Below are positions 23,241-35,100 of a stretch of DNA of 64,000 nt, piece after piece. The stretch's first letter is position 1, and the number at the start of each line of letters is the position of its first letter. Below the pieces are notes generated by a model. The model made no database searches. It saw only the letters and a program-made list of their open reading frames with translations, and was not told the origin of the DNA. A program made the translations under genes and the position numbers. This stretch comes from Oikopleura dioica. Lineage: Eukaryota; Animalia; Chordata. The stretch lies in assembly GCA_907165135.1 (NCBI GenBank), contig OU015566.1, positions 7,812,001-7,876,000 on the forward strand, read 5' to 3'.

Positions 23241-26200
23241 TAGAGAATAAAGGCAACATGGACAAGAAGGCATTTTTGCTTTTACTTGGATACATCGGAT
23301 ACTTGTTTCTTGGAGCAGCAGTTTTTCTTCACCTGGAAAAGTCAATACAGGTATGTGGAATATTCCAAGTGAAGAAGTTTTTTTTAACTAAAATCTAGGT
23401 TAACAAAAATCTGTTAGCTGTCATCCCTATTTGTTTTTCTGCCACACAGCAGATGGCTGACATGATTATTGAAAACCTTCTCCTCAGTTTTGTTTAGGAA
23501 GAAGACTGTAAATATGCAAATACAACGCTTCAAATGGAAATCATGGACTTTGGAAACCAATACTTTTACGACCTTGGTCTGAATCGAAAATTATGCAAGG
23601 GGATCAACCGTTTAGATGAACTCTACGCTACCGCCAGCGACCACAGCCACAAGTAAGATACAAGTCCTACCCGATTTGGGTATAATTAATTCAATTTTAA
23701 AGAGAGCAAGTGACCGAGCTCTTTACTATGTGGGCTGAGGACGATTGCTCGGAAGAACGATACACGCACGTGTTAGGCGAGGTTAAATCAGTTCAATTAC
23801 AGTTATGAATAATTCAAGCAGGCAAATACTGTTTTTATGCTGAGCAAAGTTGTTTAACCGGTGGTAAAGCAAGGCTCACAAAAGAAGCAGAAAACAACAC
23901 GGCCTTTCAAGATGAATTTAGAGAAGTTTACGGAGAGCTGATAAAATTCGCTGGCTTTGAGAGTTTTGACGAGGAACATCTGAACATAACTGGCGCTGTT
24001 TTCAGGTGAGTCCTTATCAGAGGTAAATATTTTTAACGCCTGATTATTACGCTCCCCCAAAGAGCACCTGCTTTGACTCCATAAAAAGGATCTTGCAAAG
24101 CTAGAAAAGAAAAAAAAAACATATTTTTTGATAATTTTAAAATGTTTCAAATGATAGTTCAAACTGTTTAAGAAAGTCCTCGGTTTTCTTAATAAATTAT
24201 AATAAAAAAGGCAATCATTAAAATACTGAGTAAATACTCTTTTGTAGAAATTTGATGAGCAGAGGAGTTGGCATTGTCACAGAAAATTACTTCACATTGA
24301 TCGAGTCCTGCGCAGAAAAGTGGACATTTCATTCAGGAAAACAGGGTCAACAGTTTGTCTATAAATACTTAATCAGCGCCAAAGTCAAATTATGACCCAG
24401 TAACCAGCTTTTTTCTTTGCTGGGACAGTTGCAACGACGATCGGGTATGGCCAGCTCGTTCCAACGACCGACGAGAGTCGCATATTTTGCATCGTCTTCG
24501 CCGCCATTGGAATTCCATACTTTGCCTACATGACTTCTGTCATCTCGCAATCAATTAATAATGGACTGGACCGATTGACAAAGAAATTTGGTGTCACGGT
24601 AAATAATTAAATCCAATCGAGTTTTATTGGCTTTTTAGACATCTAGATTAATTTATGTTCTTGGGGGCATTTCGGTGCTTGTTGTTATTCCAGTTGTTGG
24701 TTTTGTAAGAATAGAAGGTAAAGAAAGATAGCATAGATCTTGATTGAACCCGCATTAAACTTTCAGAGTGGACGCTTGTAGAAGCTGTTTATTTTTCTCT
24801 GATTTCCTTGTCGACCATCGGGTTCGGCGATTTGGTCCCCCGGGAAGAACCACCGACAAAGTACGGTATGTATTGGCGAAAGTGGCCTTGTGAAGCTTAA
24901 TTATTTTGTGTTTTGGCTAGGGATGGAGTTGGAAGGGTGTAAAGACCAGTAATTAGAACTACAGTAGTGTAACCACTCTGAGTTATAAATTCATATAGGA
25001 CAAAAAAGTAGAAATAAAAAAGTAATTGCATTTATAGAAGATTAATATGAAAAAGTTCAATCTTTTTAACCTGCAATTTTTACCCCGGGAAACTGGCATG
25101 ATTCGTAGTTCACGTCTAAAATTCCCTCGAAAACCGCCTAATTAGCAACCTTTTTAGCGACCCACATAAATAATGTCACTGCCTGTTACGACACGCTCAC
25201 AAACCCGATCCCTCGGAGTTCTCGTCACGTTGATCCTAGCCAAGGAGACTGCAAACCGGTTAGTATCTATTCCTCTGACCCAGATCTTTGATAGTTTATT
25301 AGAGCGTAAGGAGATGTTTCTTGAGGGGTATTTCTGATTCAATATCCGCTTTCATATTTTATCAGCCCTATTTCTTGAGTAAAAAGAAATTTGGATGAAG
25401 CATTATTATTTTAATCAATATTTAATGCATTTTTCCTTATTTTTACCAATTTTTACTTCGCTTTTTGTGAGGGTTTTTTTGAAGGGACTAAAGTTCATTT
25501 GCAGAATGTGTATCCGGAATCGGTAGAATTAGTCTTTGATGTTTACCGAGTTTGCGTATTCTTTTGGATTCTGACTGGATTGACGTGGCTTGGTGGCATC
25601 ATCCAAATGGTTTGGTACGCAGAGCAACTTTATAGATGCATTATCGGATAATTATTCATTTAGTTCGTTGGTTTCGAATTCGAGAAAAAACGAGTCGCAG
25701 GCCAGGGATCTAAATTTTTGCCGAAAATCAATTGCGATTGCGATGCGATTGCGACGCAAAATAGTCCGGAAATTGCAATGCGATTGCGATTTTTTTCGCA
25801 AATTGCGAATTTTTCGCGAATTGCGATTTTGTCGCCATTTGCGAAATTTTAGCGTAAAAAGTAATTTTTCAAAGGATTTAAGACTATTTTTTGAGGTCAG
25901 GCTTACAATTAAGCCTTTAGAACACAGAAAATAGGCTCTGAGTCAAAGAAAACCCATGTCAGAATAACGAAGGAGCATTTTGACAAGACCAAAGTTCGCA
26001 AAAAAATCGCAATTTGCGAATTATTGACGAAAACTGAGTTGCGATTGCGATGCGATTGCGATTCGATCAAAAAATAATTTGCGATTGCGAATTTTCTGCG
26101 AAATTTCGCATCGCAATCGCAAAATATTCGCAAATTGCGATTTTCGCGAAAAAATTTAGATCCCTGTCGCAGGCTGTATCCATGACGGAGAGCTTTCTCG

Positions 26201-27182
26201 TCACTGGCGGAGAAACGGAGAAAGGTCACGGGTTGTTGAAATTCTGAGCTAAAGAAATCTCCAATTTTATATCCATATTTTATCTAACTGATGAATTTCC
26301 AATCTGGCTCAGTGCCTGTTCCGTGCTCTTGCTGCGCTGATTGTATTTATCGCAACCAAAAAGTGCTCAATGGAAAAACCGCTGGCGAAAGCAAACCACC
26401 GAAAAATGGCAATGTCACAAAATATATTCAAAATGGAAATTCAAACGGCTCCATTAATCTTAATCTGAGTAAAGGTACAGCCGACGATTCGCGGGTATTG
26501 AGTATTTTGTAGCTCATAACAAGAGAGTTTATGATGGACCATATTTTTCTTTTCCGGAGCCGTCTTTCGGTATTTTCGCTTTCTTGAGATCTGGAATTCC
26601 AGAGCTAAGTTGTAGCTTATCCTACCTAGTGCTAGCTTAAAATTCGCGAAAGCGCCGAAATCATTAACTGTTCTCTCAGCCATTACCTCTCTCATCATCT
26701 AAAAACAACTGTCATCATAACCATCTGTTCTCATAGTGTAAATAACCGAAAAGTTCCAAAACAGAAGAAAGCTAACTCCTGATCAAAAGGTGATTTACCG
26801 CTCAAGCCCAAACCCTGCAAGCAAACTTCCGCCGCACCCCACTCTCAAAACTCAAGCAAGCAAAAAAGAAAGAGAAAACTCAAACCAAGATTTTTCTACA
26901 GAAAACAGACCTATTCACTTCCAGTTACTCCCGTAAAACACCAGTCGAAATATAATATAAACATTTCGCAAGACATCACTTACCAGGTAAGATGAATAAT
27001 TGAGAACAAGGATGAGTTCATATTCATATTAAATATCGAAAAACACTAAGTGGTACAAAATATCCTTTCAGCACATCAGTTCACAACCCGAAGGCCACGC
27101 AAGAATCGACATTTTGGCCGATAGCGCATCAGAACATCGCCGTCGGCGCTACAAACAACCACCTTTCCGCATAAAATTGTAG
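23241..27182 (+). CDS. KCNK: Two-pore-domain potassium channel (K2P/KCNK family), multi-exon
   Basis: M1 AFLLLLGYIGYLFLGAAVFLHLE; pore 1 FFAGTVATTIGYG; pore 2 EAVYFSLISLSTIGFGDLVP; M4 WILTGLTWLGGII; long C-tail; extra T at 24409-24414. Confidence 0.9.
25703..26166. mobile_element. hAT-type MITE (464 bp) in a K2P C-terminal coding exon; predicted exact GC-AG intron 25701-26172
   Basis: TIR CAGGGATCTAAATTTTT / AAAAATTTAGATCCCTG; 8-bp TSD TCGCAGGC at 25695-25702 and 26167-26174; subterminal TTGCGA/TCGCAA repeats. Confidence 0.93.
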
Positions 27183-27368
27183 ACTTCGATATCTCTGTAC
27201 CTATCATTAATATTGAAAACTGCCAGAATATCAATATATTATTTGTACATTATAAACTGTGGATTGAGGTAATGTTTATTGGCAAAAAGGACGAGTTGAC
27301 GGTTATTTGATTATTGGCGAGGCAGATAAGAGGCCCTTAATTAGGGTAATTTCGTCACGAGAGAATTA

Positions 27369-30300
27369 TTAAGTATGTCTTCGTCTTCTGTAGGGTTTTC
27401 TTCTGCATTTGAATTCTCCTTCATCAAATATATCCCATGTCTTTGAGCTGCCATTGCAGATTAGCGGCTTGCTAATTAGCTCTGAATTTCGCTGGAAAAT
27501 AAAGCCATTCACGCATTTGACATCGCACATTTCTTCCAGCCCGTTGGAGGACATTCGGCAGTTGAACGAAAGTCGCTCTGCTCGGGCGACTTTGAAATTG
27601 GGATTCTGGCACATTCGGCAAGTTCTTTAATGGTAAAATTAAAAAATTATTGAAGTTAATTATTTACCCAAGTTTCCCGGACCAAACTGGACGGTCCCCA
27701 ATAAGCTTGCACGTGACTTTGACGCGTCCAGCAATAATCATATCGGAATCGTTGCAGATCAATCGGCAGGTATGTCGTTCACACTCGACCCTGCCAGTTT
27801 TCGTTGCGCGAGGAGTCGTATTGAATCGCTAAATGGAAATAAAATTATGTCACCTTCTATATTGATGAATTCTTACCGACTCGCATTTGTCATGCCAAGC
27901 AAATTTCCATGACGGTTCTTCGATTAGCGTTTCTTCAGCAATGAAGTCTGAGGATGCATCATTTTCCATTGCTTGTGAAAACCCAGCCGGAAGGAGACTC
28001 GTAAATTTGGGACAAGGAGGAACGAGACATACCCCCGTCTCGGCAGATGAGCCTGGACATAAATTATTAACAGGACATGTTCTGGTTCTGACGGAAAAAG
28101 CCGTTCCGCATGTCTGAGTGCAGGCGGACCAAGACGACCAACGCTCCCAGGATATTGATGCGATTTGAAATGCTATGTTTGTCGTCATGTCTGGCAGAGA
28201 TGTCGTTTCAAAGTCAGGTAATGTTGATTCAGTCTCATCGATTGTGGGTGCTACCTCTGTTGAAAAAATTGAGGATGTTGTGCTGATGTTGATAGCAGAA
28301 AGAAATTCAGATGTTGTTTCGGTAGAAATCGTTGTGGATGTTGTAGTTGTCGTAGTTGTGGAGGTTATAGTTGTTGTTGTCGTAGTAGTTGTCTTTGTAG
28401 TAGTTGTAGTTGTAGTTGTAGTCGTAGTTGTAGTTGTAGTCGTTGTTGTTGTTGGACTCGTTGTCGTTGTTGTAGTCGTTGTAGTCGTTGTAGTCGTTGT
28501 AGAAGTTGTAGTACTTGTAGTAGATGTAGTCGTTGTAGTCGTGGTTATTGGTGTGGTCGTTCTTGTTGTTGTAGTTGTTGTTGTAGTTGTAGTTGTAGTC
28601 GTTGTTGTTGTTGTACTCGTTGTCGTTGTTGTAGTCGTTGTAGTCGTTGTAGTCGTTGTAGAAGTTGTAGTACTTGTAGTAGTTGTAGTCGTTGTAGTTG
28701 TTTTTGTCGTGGTTGTTGATGTATTGGTTGTTGAGGTCATAACTCTTATAGTAGTAGTAATTGATGACCTGCTTGTTGTTGATGCAGCTAAGCTAGAAGA
28801 AGTCGATGACGTTGTCTTGGCTGATGTCACGGTGGCTTCCTCATCTTTTCACGCATTATAAAATTATCATTGAGATTTATAAAAATAGTATTTCTTGGTT
28901 CCATGACATTTATGATACGTGCCTTTCCCAGCTGAATTTTCCTCAATCGAGGAAAGAAATTCCGTGAGTCCGATTACATCACTCGTGCTACTCGCCTCAG
29001 AATTCTCACAGCGAAAAAGCTCAGGATCCTTATTCCATCCACAACTAGTCGGTCCACAGCTGCAACGAATCACATTTCTTTCCTCAGATGAGATGGAATT
29101 TTCATTGCAGATGAGTGAGCATCGAATTCCGTCGACATGATGGAAAGTTGACTGAGCCAAGAACTTTTCAACATTTTTCATGTAGAACTTAGGCCCATTT
29201 ACGTGACAAATCCATTTGCCTCTGAATGTGCTTGGCAAAGCTGGACACAGTAGTTCGGGCTCCTTCGATGTTGTCGTGGATGATGTTGAAGTTGTCTTGA
29301 CTGTCGTTGTACTGATCACTTCCGTAGTTGTTGTTTCAGGCTCAGTGGTAGTCTCACTGTCCCAAGAACATTTCACTTTTCTTGGGTTTTTGTTCCACGA
29401 GCATTTTTCATCCTTGCACGTGCATTTGAAAAACTGAAAATAAATACAAAACCAAGGAAGAGTTTCAACTCACGTTTGGCCCCTTGACATTCACGAGATT
29501 GGCCTCCGGAGCGCATTTCATCGCACACTTCGTATTATGGGTGACATCTTCGTCATTTCCATTGTATCGGAATCGGAAGCCGTTGATGTCACACACCCAC
29601 ATTCCCATAAACTGTTCGGGAACTTGCAGCCCTCCGCAATTTTTCCCTGAGTTCTTCTGTGCTTCTTTTTGAGAAGTTACTTGAGCAGCAGGAGTAGGAG
29701 TGGCTCTGCTTGGTTTACAGTTAGCGTCTGCAAGCGCGATATTCCACGAGCAGTCTTTTCCGTTCGGACATCGACACGTCGCCAAATTCTTTTTGTTCAT
29801 CCCCTGAACTGCCATGCCCTTAGCACAAGTAAGTGAGCAGGTACTTTTGTGCTCGAGAATCTCCGTGGAGCAATCCCAAAAGCCTCTTATTCCTTGTGGC
29901 GGGGGAGAAACGCACGTCGAAGCCGAATTTTCTTTCTTTTTTGGAACACACTTCGAATTATGAATAAACGGAACCCACTTGCAAAATCGTCCTTTGCAGT
30001 TGCAATCAAAATCCTGAAAGTCTCGTTAAAATCGGTAAAAAAACAAATTGGCATACAAAAATGGCGCTGCCTTCTGGTTCAAAATCTTCATCGCAAATGA
30101 GAGAACAAATCACTTCCCCGGAGAAATCGTCTTTTTCGCGTTGATTTCTGCATTTCCATCTGCCATTCGGCTCCTCTGGCGGACTTCTGCAGCTTTTGAC
30201 CCCTTTTTAGCGTTGGATATTTTTCTAGATGCGTTTTAGCAAACCATAACCGTATTATTCTGACATTGTGCTAAAAATTTTACAGCTGAGGTCAACTTTA

Positions 30301-31044
30301 ACGGATAAACATGTAAATTGTTCTACGGATAAATTTGTCTGGGTACATATTTAGACTATTTCACTTTGTTTAGCACCAAAAAATGAAGAACTAATTTTTG
30401 CAAAAGGGGGCCAGGCGCCCCCTCCAAGAGCAAATCAAATTTCCAACCACTCTCCTTTGCCACTTGCCGACTTGAGGAACACAGGATTCTCGTAATCGAA
30501 TGACGCTAGAATTTCCTCATCTTTTTATGGTTACGCGTATGCCGCATCAAAACGCAGTCGCTGGAAATGACCCCCGATTTGATTAGTATGCCTTATTTAC
30601 AGTTAAAAATTTACAGTAACAAAATTTTTTTGCAGCATTAAATATGCTTCACGATGAAAATTTGATAAAAGTGCGAAGGTTGCATTTCTAAGGAACTCAG
30701 AACGGCTCCTGATATTTTTGCTAGCTCAATCGAATCATCTTTTGGAAGATTTACCGTGACCAGCGACTCCCCCCAAAATACCGCAAAAAAGTCCCTCCAC
30801 GCTCGATGTGGAGGTCAAGAGTCCCAGCCAAAATACCGAAATTGAAATGTGCGTTACCACTTCCTTCATATTGCTGAAAATAAAATTCGCTGTCAAGTTC
30901 TTCCATAAACAGCGGATCTCGCTCATCGATCTCTGTCACGTGGACGAATTCCGTCAACCCATCCGTATCCAATCTTATAAAACAACCAAAGCATGAGTTG
31001 ATTAAAAACGTGCAAAAAATCAGCAAGTTTCTTTTATTTTTCAT
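27369..31044 (-). CDS. Secreted mucin-like glycoprotein: signal peptide, several Cys-rich CCP/sushi-like modules, Thr-rich domain, TSP1 repeat
   Basis: MKNKRNLLIFCTFLINSCFG signal; C-W-C modules; long poly-Thr tract; TSP1 motif WERWSSWSACTQTCG...RTRTC; GT-AG introns. Linking all exons into one gene is inferred. Confidence 0.75.
28330..28760 (-). repeat. Coding Thr-codon tandem repeat (ACN)n with internal block duplication
   Basis: GTT/GTA/GTC triplet array on +; block GTTGTAGAAGTTGTAGTACTTGTAGTAG occurs near 28495 and 28655. Confidence 0.9.
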
Positions 31045-31555
31045 TTTTATGTAAACAGCCTTTATCGCGCCACTATCATGACATTTTATGATAATCACGA
31101 GAGCTCAATGGCGCCGCTGAAATTTAATTTTTAATGGCAAAATGTGAAGCATAAATTGATTTTGGCATTTAACTCTTGTAAAATGAACGATGAGTAAATT
31201 TGATTAATGCATGGTGGTCGTTTTTTAACTTTCTATAAGAAACGTTTCCTTTATTCTTTGTACTGAAAGTTAGAAAACCGACGTTCTATTCTCACCCGCA
31301 GCATCACTACAGGTTCCTAGCATTTTCCAAAAGCTGAATCGCAAATTGCAACTAAGGTTGGCGGATATCTACCGTAACTAACGCGATTGGCGATTCTAGC
31401 GCTCCCAAGAAATACTGCTGCTCAGAGCACGAAGCAAAAGGTCAGCGCACCTCCACCGCCACCCTTGCCCAGTATAAATACTCCACAAAGTCAGCGAATC
31501 ATCATCACAATCAATTACTCAAACAGTAATACAATCAAAGAAACATTTGATAAAA

Positions 31556-32058
31556 ATGAAGGTTTTCGCTGCTCTCTCCGCCGTCGCCCTCGCTCAGGAT
31601 GTCCGACAAATGAGCTCTCACGAACGACTCGACTCTGTAAGTCCTTAGCTTACTGTACCAGCTTCTTATTTCTTCACCTTAGGTCTCTGAGAACATCAAC
31701 ACCTGGATTGATACCTACATCTCCGACCACAACCGAGTCAACAAGTACAGAGACCAATTCACCAATCTTGTCAACTACCTTGACGCCAAGTTGGATATGC
31801 AGTGCGCTGGAGAGAACCAAGACGAAGTCGAGCAACTTGCTGCTGATGGTAAGCAAACCCTTCTTATCCCTTCTTAAAAATAATTAAAGATGCTATCGTC
31901 GAGCTCGGCGCCGAGGAGAGATCCGAAAGCGAATGAAGATCCTCAACCGAGTCCACCGAGTCCATCTCCTCGGTTGCAACCGACCCAACAAGGCCAAGAG
32001 ACGAATCACAAAACTCACCACCAAGTTCCTCAACGCCCTTGCCAAGGTCCAGAACTAA
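31556..32058 (+). CDS. Small secreted orphan protein (~138 aa, 3 exons), basic C-terminal helix
   Basis: TATAAATA near 31473; signal MKVFAALSAVALA; GT-AG introns; needs a 1-nt correction near 31917 to read AEEEIRKRMKILNRVHRVHLLGC...KVQN*. Confidence 0.65.
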
Positions 32059-32267
32059 ATATTGAAAACTCAAGTGTTATAATGAGCTGACTTTGACTGT
32101 GATACAAAATATTTATCCTTTCAATAAAATTAACAAAATTCAACAATTGTTTTTACTGAACTAATTTCAAAGCGGAGATCAAAGCATCATCATGCCCCGA
32201 GGTTAAATATACTGAGCTTGCAACAACCAGTTGTCCCTAAAAGCACCCTTTTTTATCAGAGTAAAAA

Positions 32268-33313
32268 TGTCGGATAGAACATCATCCATTTCCTGTAGCG
32301 AGCTCAGTGATTATAGAGATATAGAGCTACCAGAGGAAAATCTTGGTGGATTCAATGGAGGGATTCTCATGGTTCTCAGCAAAAAATTAAAACAGCAAGA
32401 ACAATTTTTCGACAGTGAATTAAAAGATATTAAAAAGATACAACATGTCAAAAACCGTGAGTTTCTCAATGAACTTGAAAATAATAGAATGACGGTGGAG
32501 GAAATTGAGAAAAGGGTTGAAATTTCACTGCTTGAAAGCGAAAAGAATCAACAGTTGAGAAACATAAAGCTTGAGAAACTTATTGAAGATGTTCAAGAAA
32601 TAAAGAAAAAGTATGAAGAAAAAATTGAGGAGTGTGAATATTATGACAAGCAACGAAACAACGAGATGAAGGAAATCAGAAAACGACTTGACGAGTATGA
32701 AAAGAATGAACTTGTTGAAAAAGAAAGCAAGACGCATCCATTTAGTTATATTTTTTTAATAATTATGATTGGTATGGAATTATGTGCTGATGATTCTTCC
32801 GCTCCCGTCACTCAAGTCTTTCTTGGTAAATACGGAGACGACTTTTTTCGTTTGATATCCATGTTTATGACTTCTGTGAGCAGTTCTCAACAGTGCTTAT
32901 TTTACTTTCTTCGATTCGCTTACCTACTAATCTATATATTCTTGCGGATTCTTTCAATTACGTGCAGTGCTTATTTTATATTACCAGTCACATTATTTTA
33001 CTTGACGATGTATTACTGTGGGGATGTAATATCCAACCCAGTGGAAAATAAAATTAGGGAAAAGTTTTTAGAACGAGACGCTTCGACCAGTAAACTAGAT
33101 GAAATTTTTCTTGGCCGTGTCACTTTGTCAATGAGAATGCAACTATTAAAAATAAAAGTAGGCCTATTCTTTCACAGAAACAGAGATATCCTCTGGGTCT
33201 TGACAGGACCCATGATTTACGGTGTCGCAATAGGACTTGGGTTTAACTTTCTTTACGGAATCTATCAGGTGGCTCTATTCTTCTGTTACTGTCTTATAAA
33301 ATTTATATCATAA
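32268..33313 (+). CDS. Intronless protein with an N-terminal coiled coil and several predicted TM helices
   Basis: About 348-aa uninterrupted ORF; E/K-rich heptads followed by hydrophobic segments; no family recognised. Confidence 0.6.
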
Positions 33314-33630
33314 ATTATGATTCATAATACATGATTTAAATGTTTTTTAAGAAGTGTATTTTATTTGACAAATAAAGATAAAGCACGTATTCGATGATTA
33401 TTTCCAGGCTGAAAGCGCAGCTGCTTAATCCTCGTCAGGCTAAAAATATTTGTATGTGCTCTATTTCATGTTTCTTCTTGGGGTGCACCTCTATTGGTAA
33501 TAAATGAATAAAAAAGAAATTATTTCTTACAAGGGTTGTAAGTATCAAGTATTTATATCAATTTCAAATTGAAGCCGATAATAAACGAGGATGAAATTGA
33601 ATGTGCGTGTGTGTTCTTTGAAGCAAGTTA

Positions 33631-35100
33631 TTATTTTCTTTTATTTTGACAAACCTCAAGCGTATGCCAAAGCGCGACAGGTCTTCGCGGTACGTTGATC
33701 ATCCCCATCCAGTGCTTCAGAGCCTGTCCTGTCGCTTTTTTACTCACATGGTTTGAATAAAGGTATGTCGAATATTTGAGAACATGATAATTTCTAACCC
33801 TTTTCCTGAGAACAACCTTGCCAATTGGATCATTTGAGCCAACTTGGTCATGATCCACTACTTTGATCACAAGCTCTACTGACTGTAGCTGCTCCTGTTT
33901 GACAGAGTTCATCGTGGGACCATCTAGATTATCCTCCCTACTCGTTCGTAGATAATGCATAGATCGGGATGATGGGAAAAAGAAGCGACGTAGATTATAA
34001 ATTGCTTTCTATTCCTTCACATCCACTCGAAAAACTCGTTCCTGAGTGACTTCAAAGGCAAATGACTCGTTGTAATACGGCGTTAATGTATTCTTTTTGA
34101 CGGATGTCTTCTTCTTCTTCAGCCTTGGAATTTAGATTACATCATAAATGAACAAATGCGCCGGATTCACCGCTTTCCGTTTCGGTTGAGGTAAATCTTC
34201 ACATATGGATCCGATAATCCATAAGCGTCCATCTTCTTAAGATTCTTCGCTTCTGAACAGGATGTTGAGGATAGGTTTAACCCGCCTTCATCCGGTTCGT
34301 TTCTTACCTAAGATTCCGACAGTCATCTTTCCAGAAGTAGGCACGTAGCGCAAGCTGAAGCAAATGTCCCCCAACGTTGTCTGAAAAAGCAGTCATTTTT
34401 GGAGACATGGAAGAGTTCAACCTGCGTGAGAGATTTGATCGGCTTCATTCCACAAAACGGCTCAGCCAAATCGATGCTGGAAAGAGGAATCTGCACTTAA
34501 TTCATCGGTTTTAATGAAAAGGACTTATGCAAAATAAGAGTGTCTATTTGCTTTCGTCGCCCAATTTTCGCATTTCCAGCTAGATCTTTTCATTCAAAAG
34601 GTCGGGAAATGAACTTATAGAATAATTATCGACAGTCTGAGTGCTTTCCGTAGACGCGAAGGGATTACTTTTGAACTTTGGGTCTTCAACGAAAATACCT
34701 GATCCGATTGAATCGTGCTTCCCGAAGCGGTCATAATCGTAGATCCCAAATACTTTGATGGGCTTCTTATTGGTTTTCTGGTCAATAAATTGGATACATG
34801 TGCTTTTCTATCGATGAAATAGAGCAAGGACCAATAAGATGGACCGAAAATGAAATCTAGCCAATGGGATTGAGAAAATCAGGTTCAAAAAGCCCTGGCA
34901 AGGGTCTTATGCGCAATATCCTTGTACAAAAGCGGCATGTCGAATCGCTCATCAAAAACTGGATCTAGTGTTTTTCGATGAACCTTCGTTGATAATTTTC
35001 GCTTCTTATCCGGCAAGAAGAACAGTTTTACATAAGGGTCTTTTCGGGTTTAAAATCGCTTCAAAACTGACGAGTGGAATTAATGAGCGCAGCCTGGTAG
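33631..35100 (-). CDS. SYT: Synaptotagmin-like tandem C2 protein (3' part; 5' exons not resolved)
   Basis: C2A: [14 protein letters not shown]...[22 protein letters not shown]; C2B: [45 protein letters not shown]. Confidence 0.88.

Noticed and set aside
24409-24414. Frameshift just before K2P pore 1
   Set aside because: T6 where T5 is needed for SFFFAGT; typical homopolymer error, not evidence of a pseudogene.
25590-26247. ORFs reading through the K2P MITE
   Set aside because: They run across TIRs and low-complexity TTGCGA repeats; not independent genes.
28175-28861. Poly-Val 228-aa ORF on the plus strand
   Set aside because: Antisense shadow of the Thr-rich mucin domain.
31905-31925. Premature stop in the small secreted protein
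   Set aside because: A single missing G in a GAG repeat restores a clean frame; probable assembly error.
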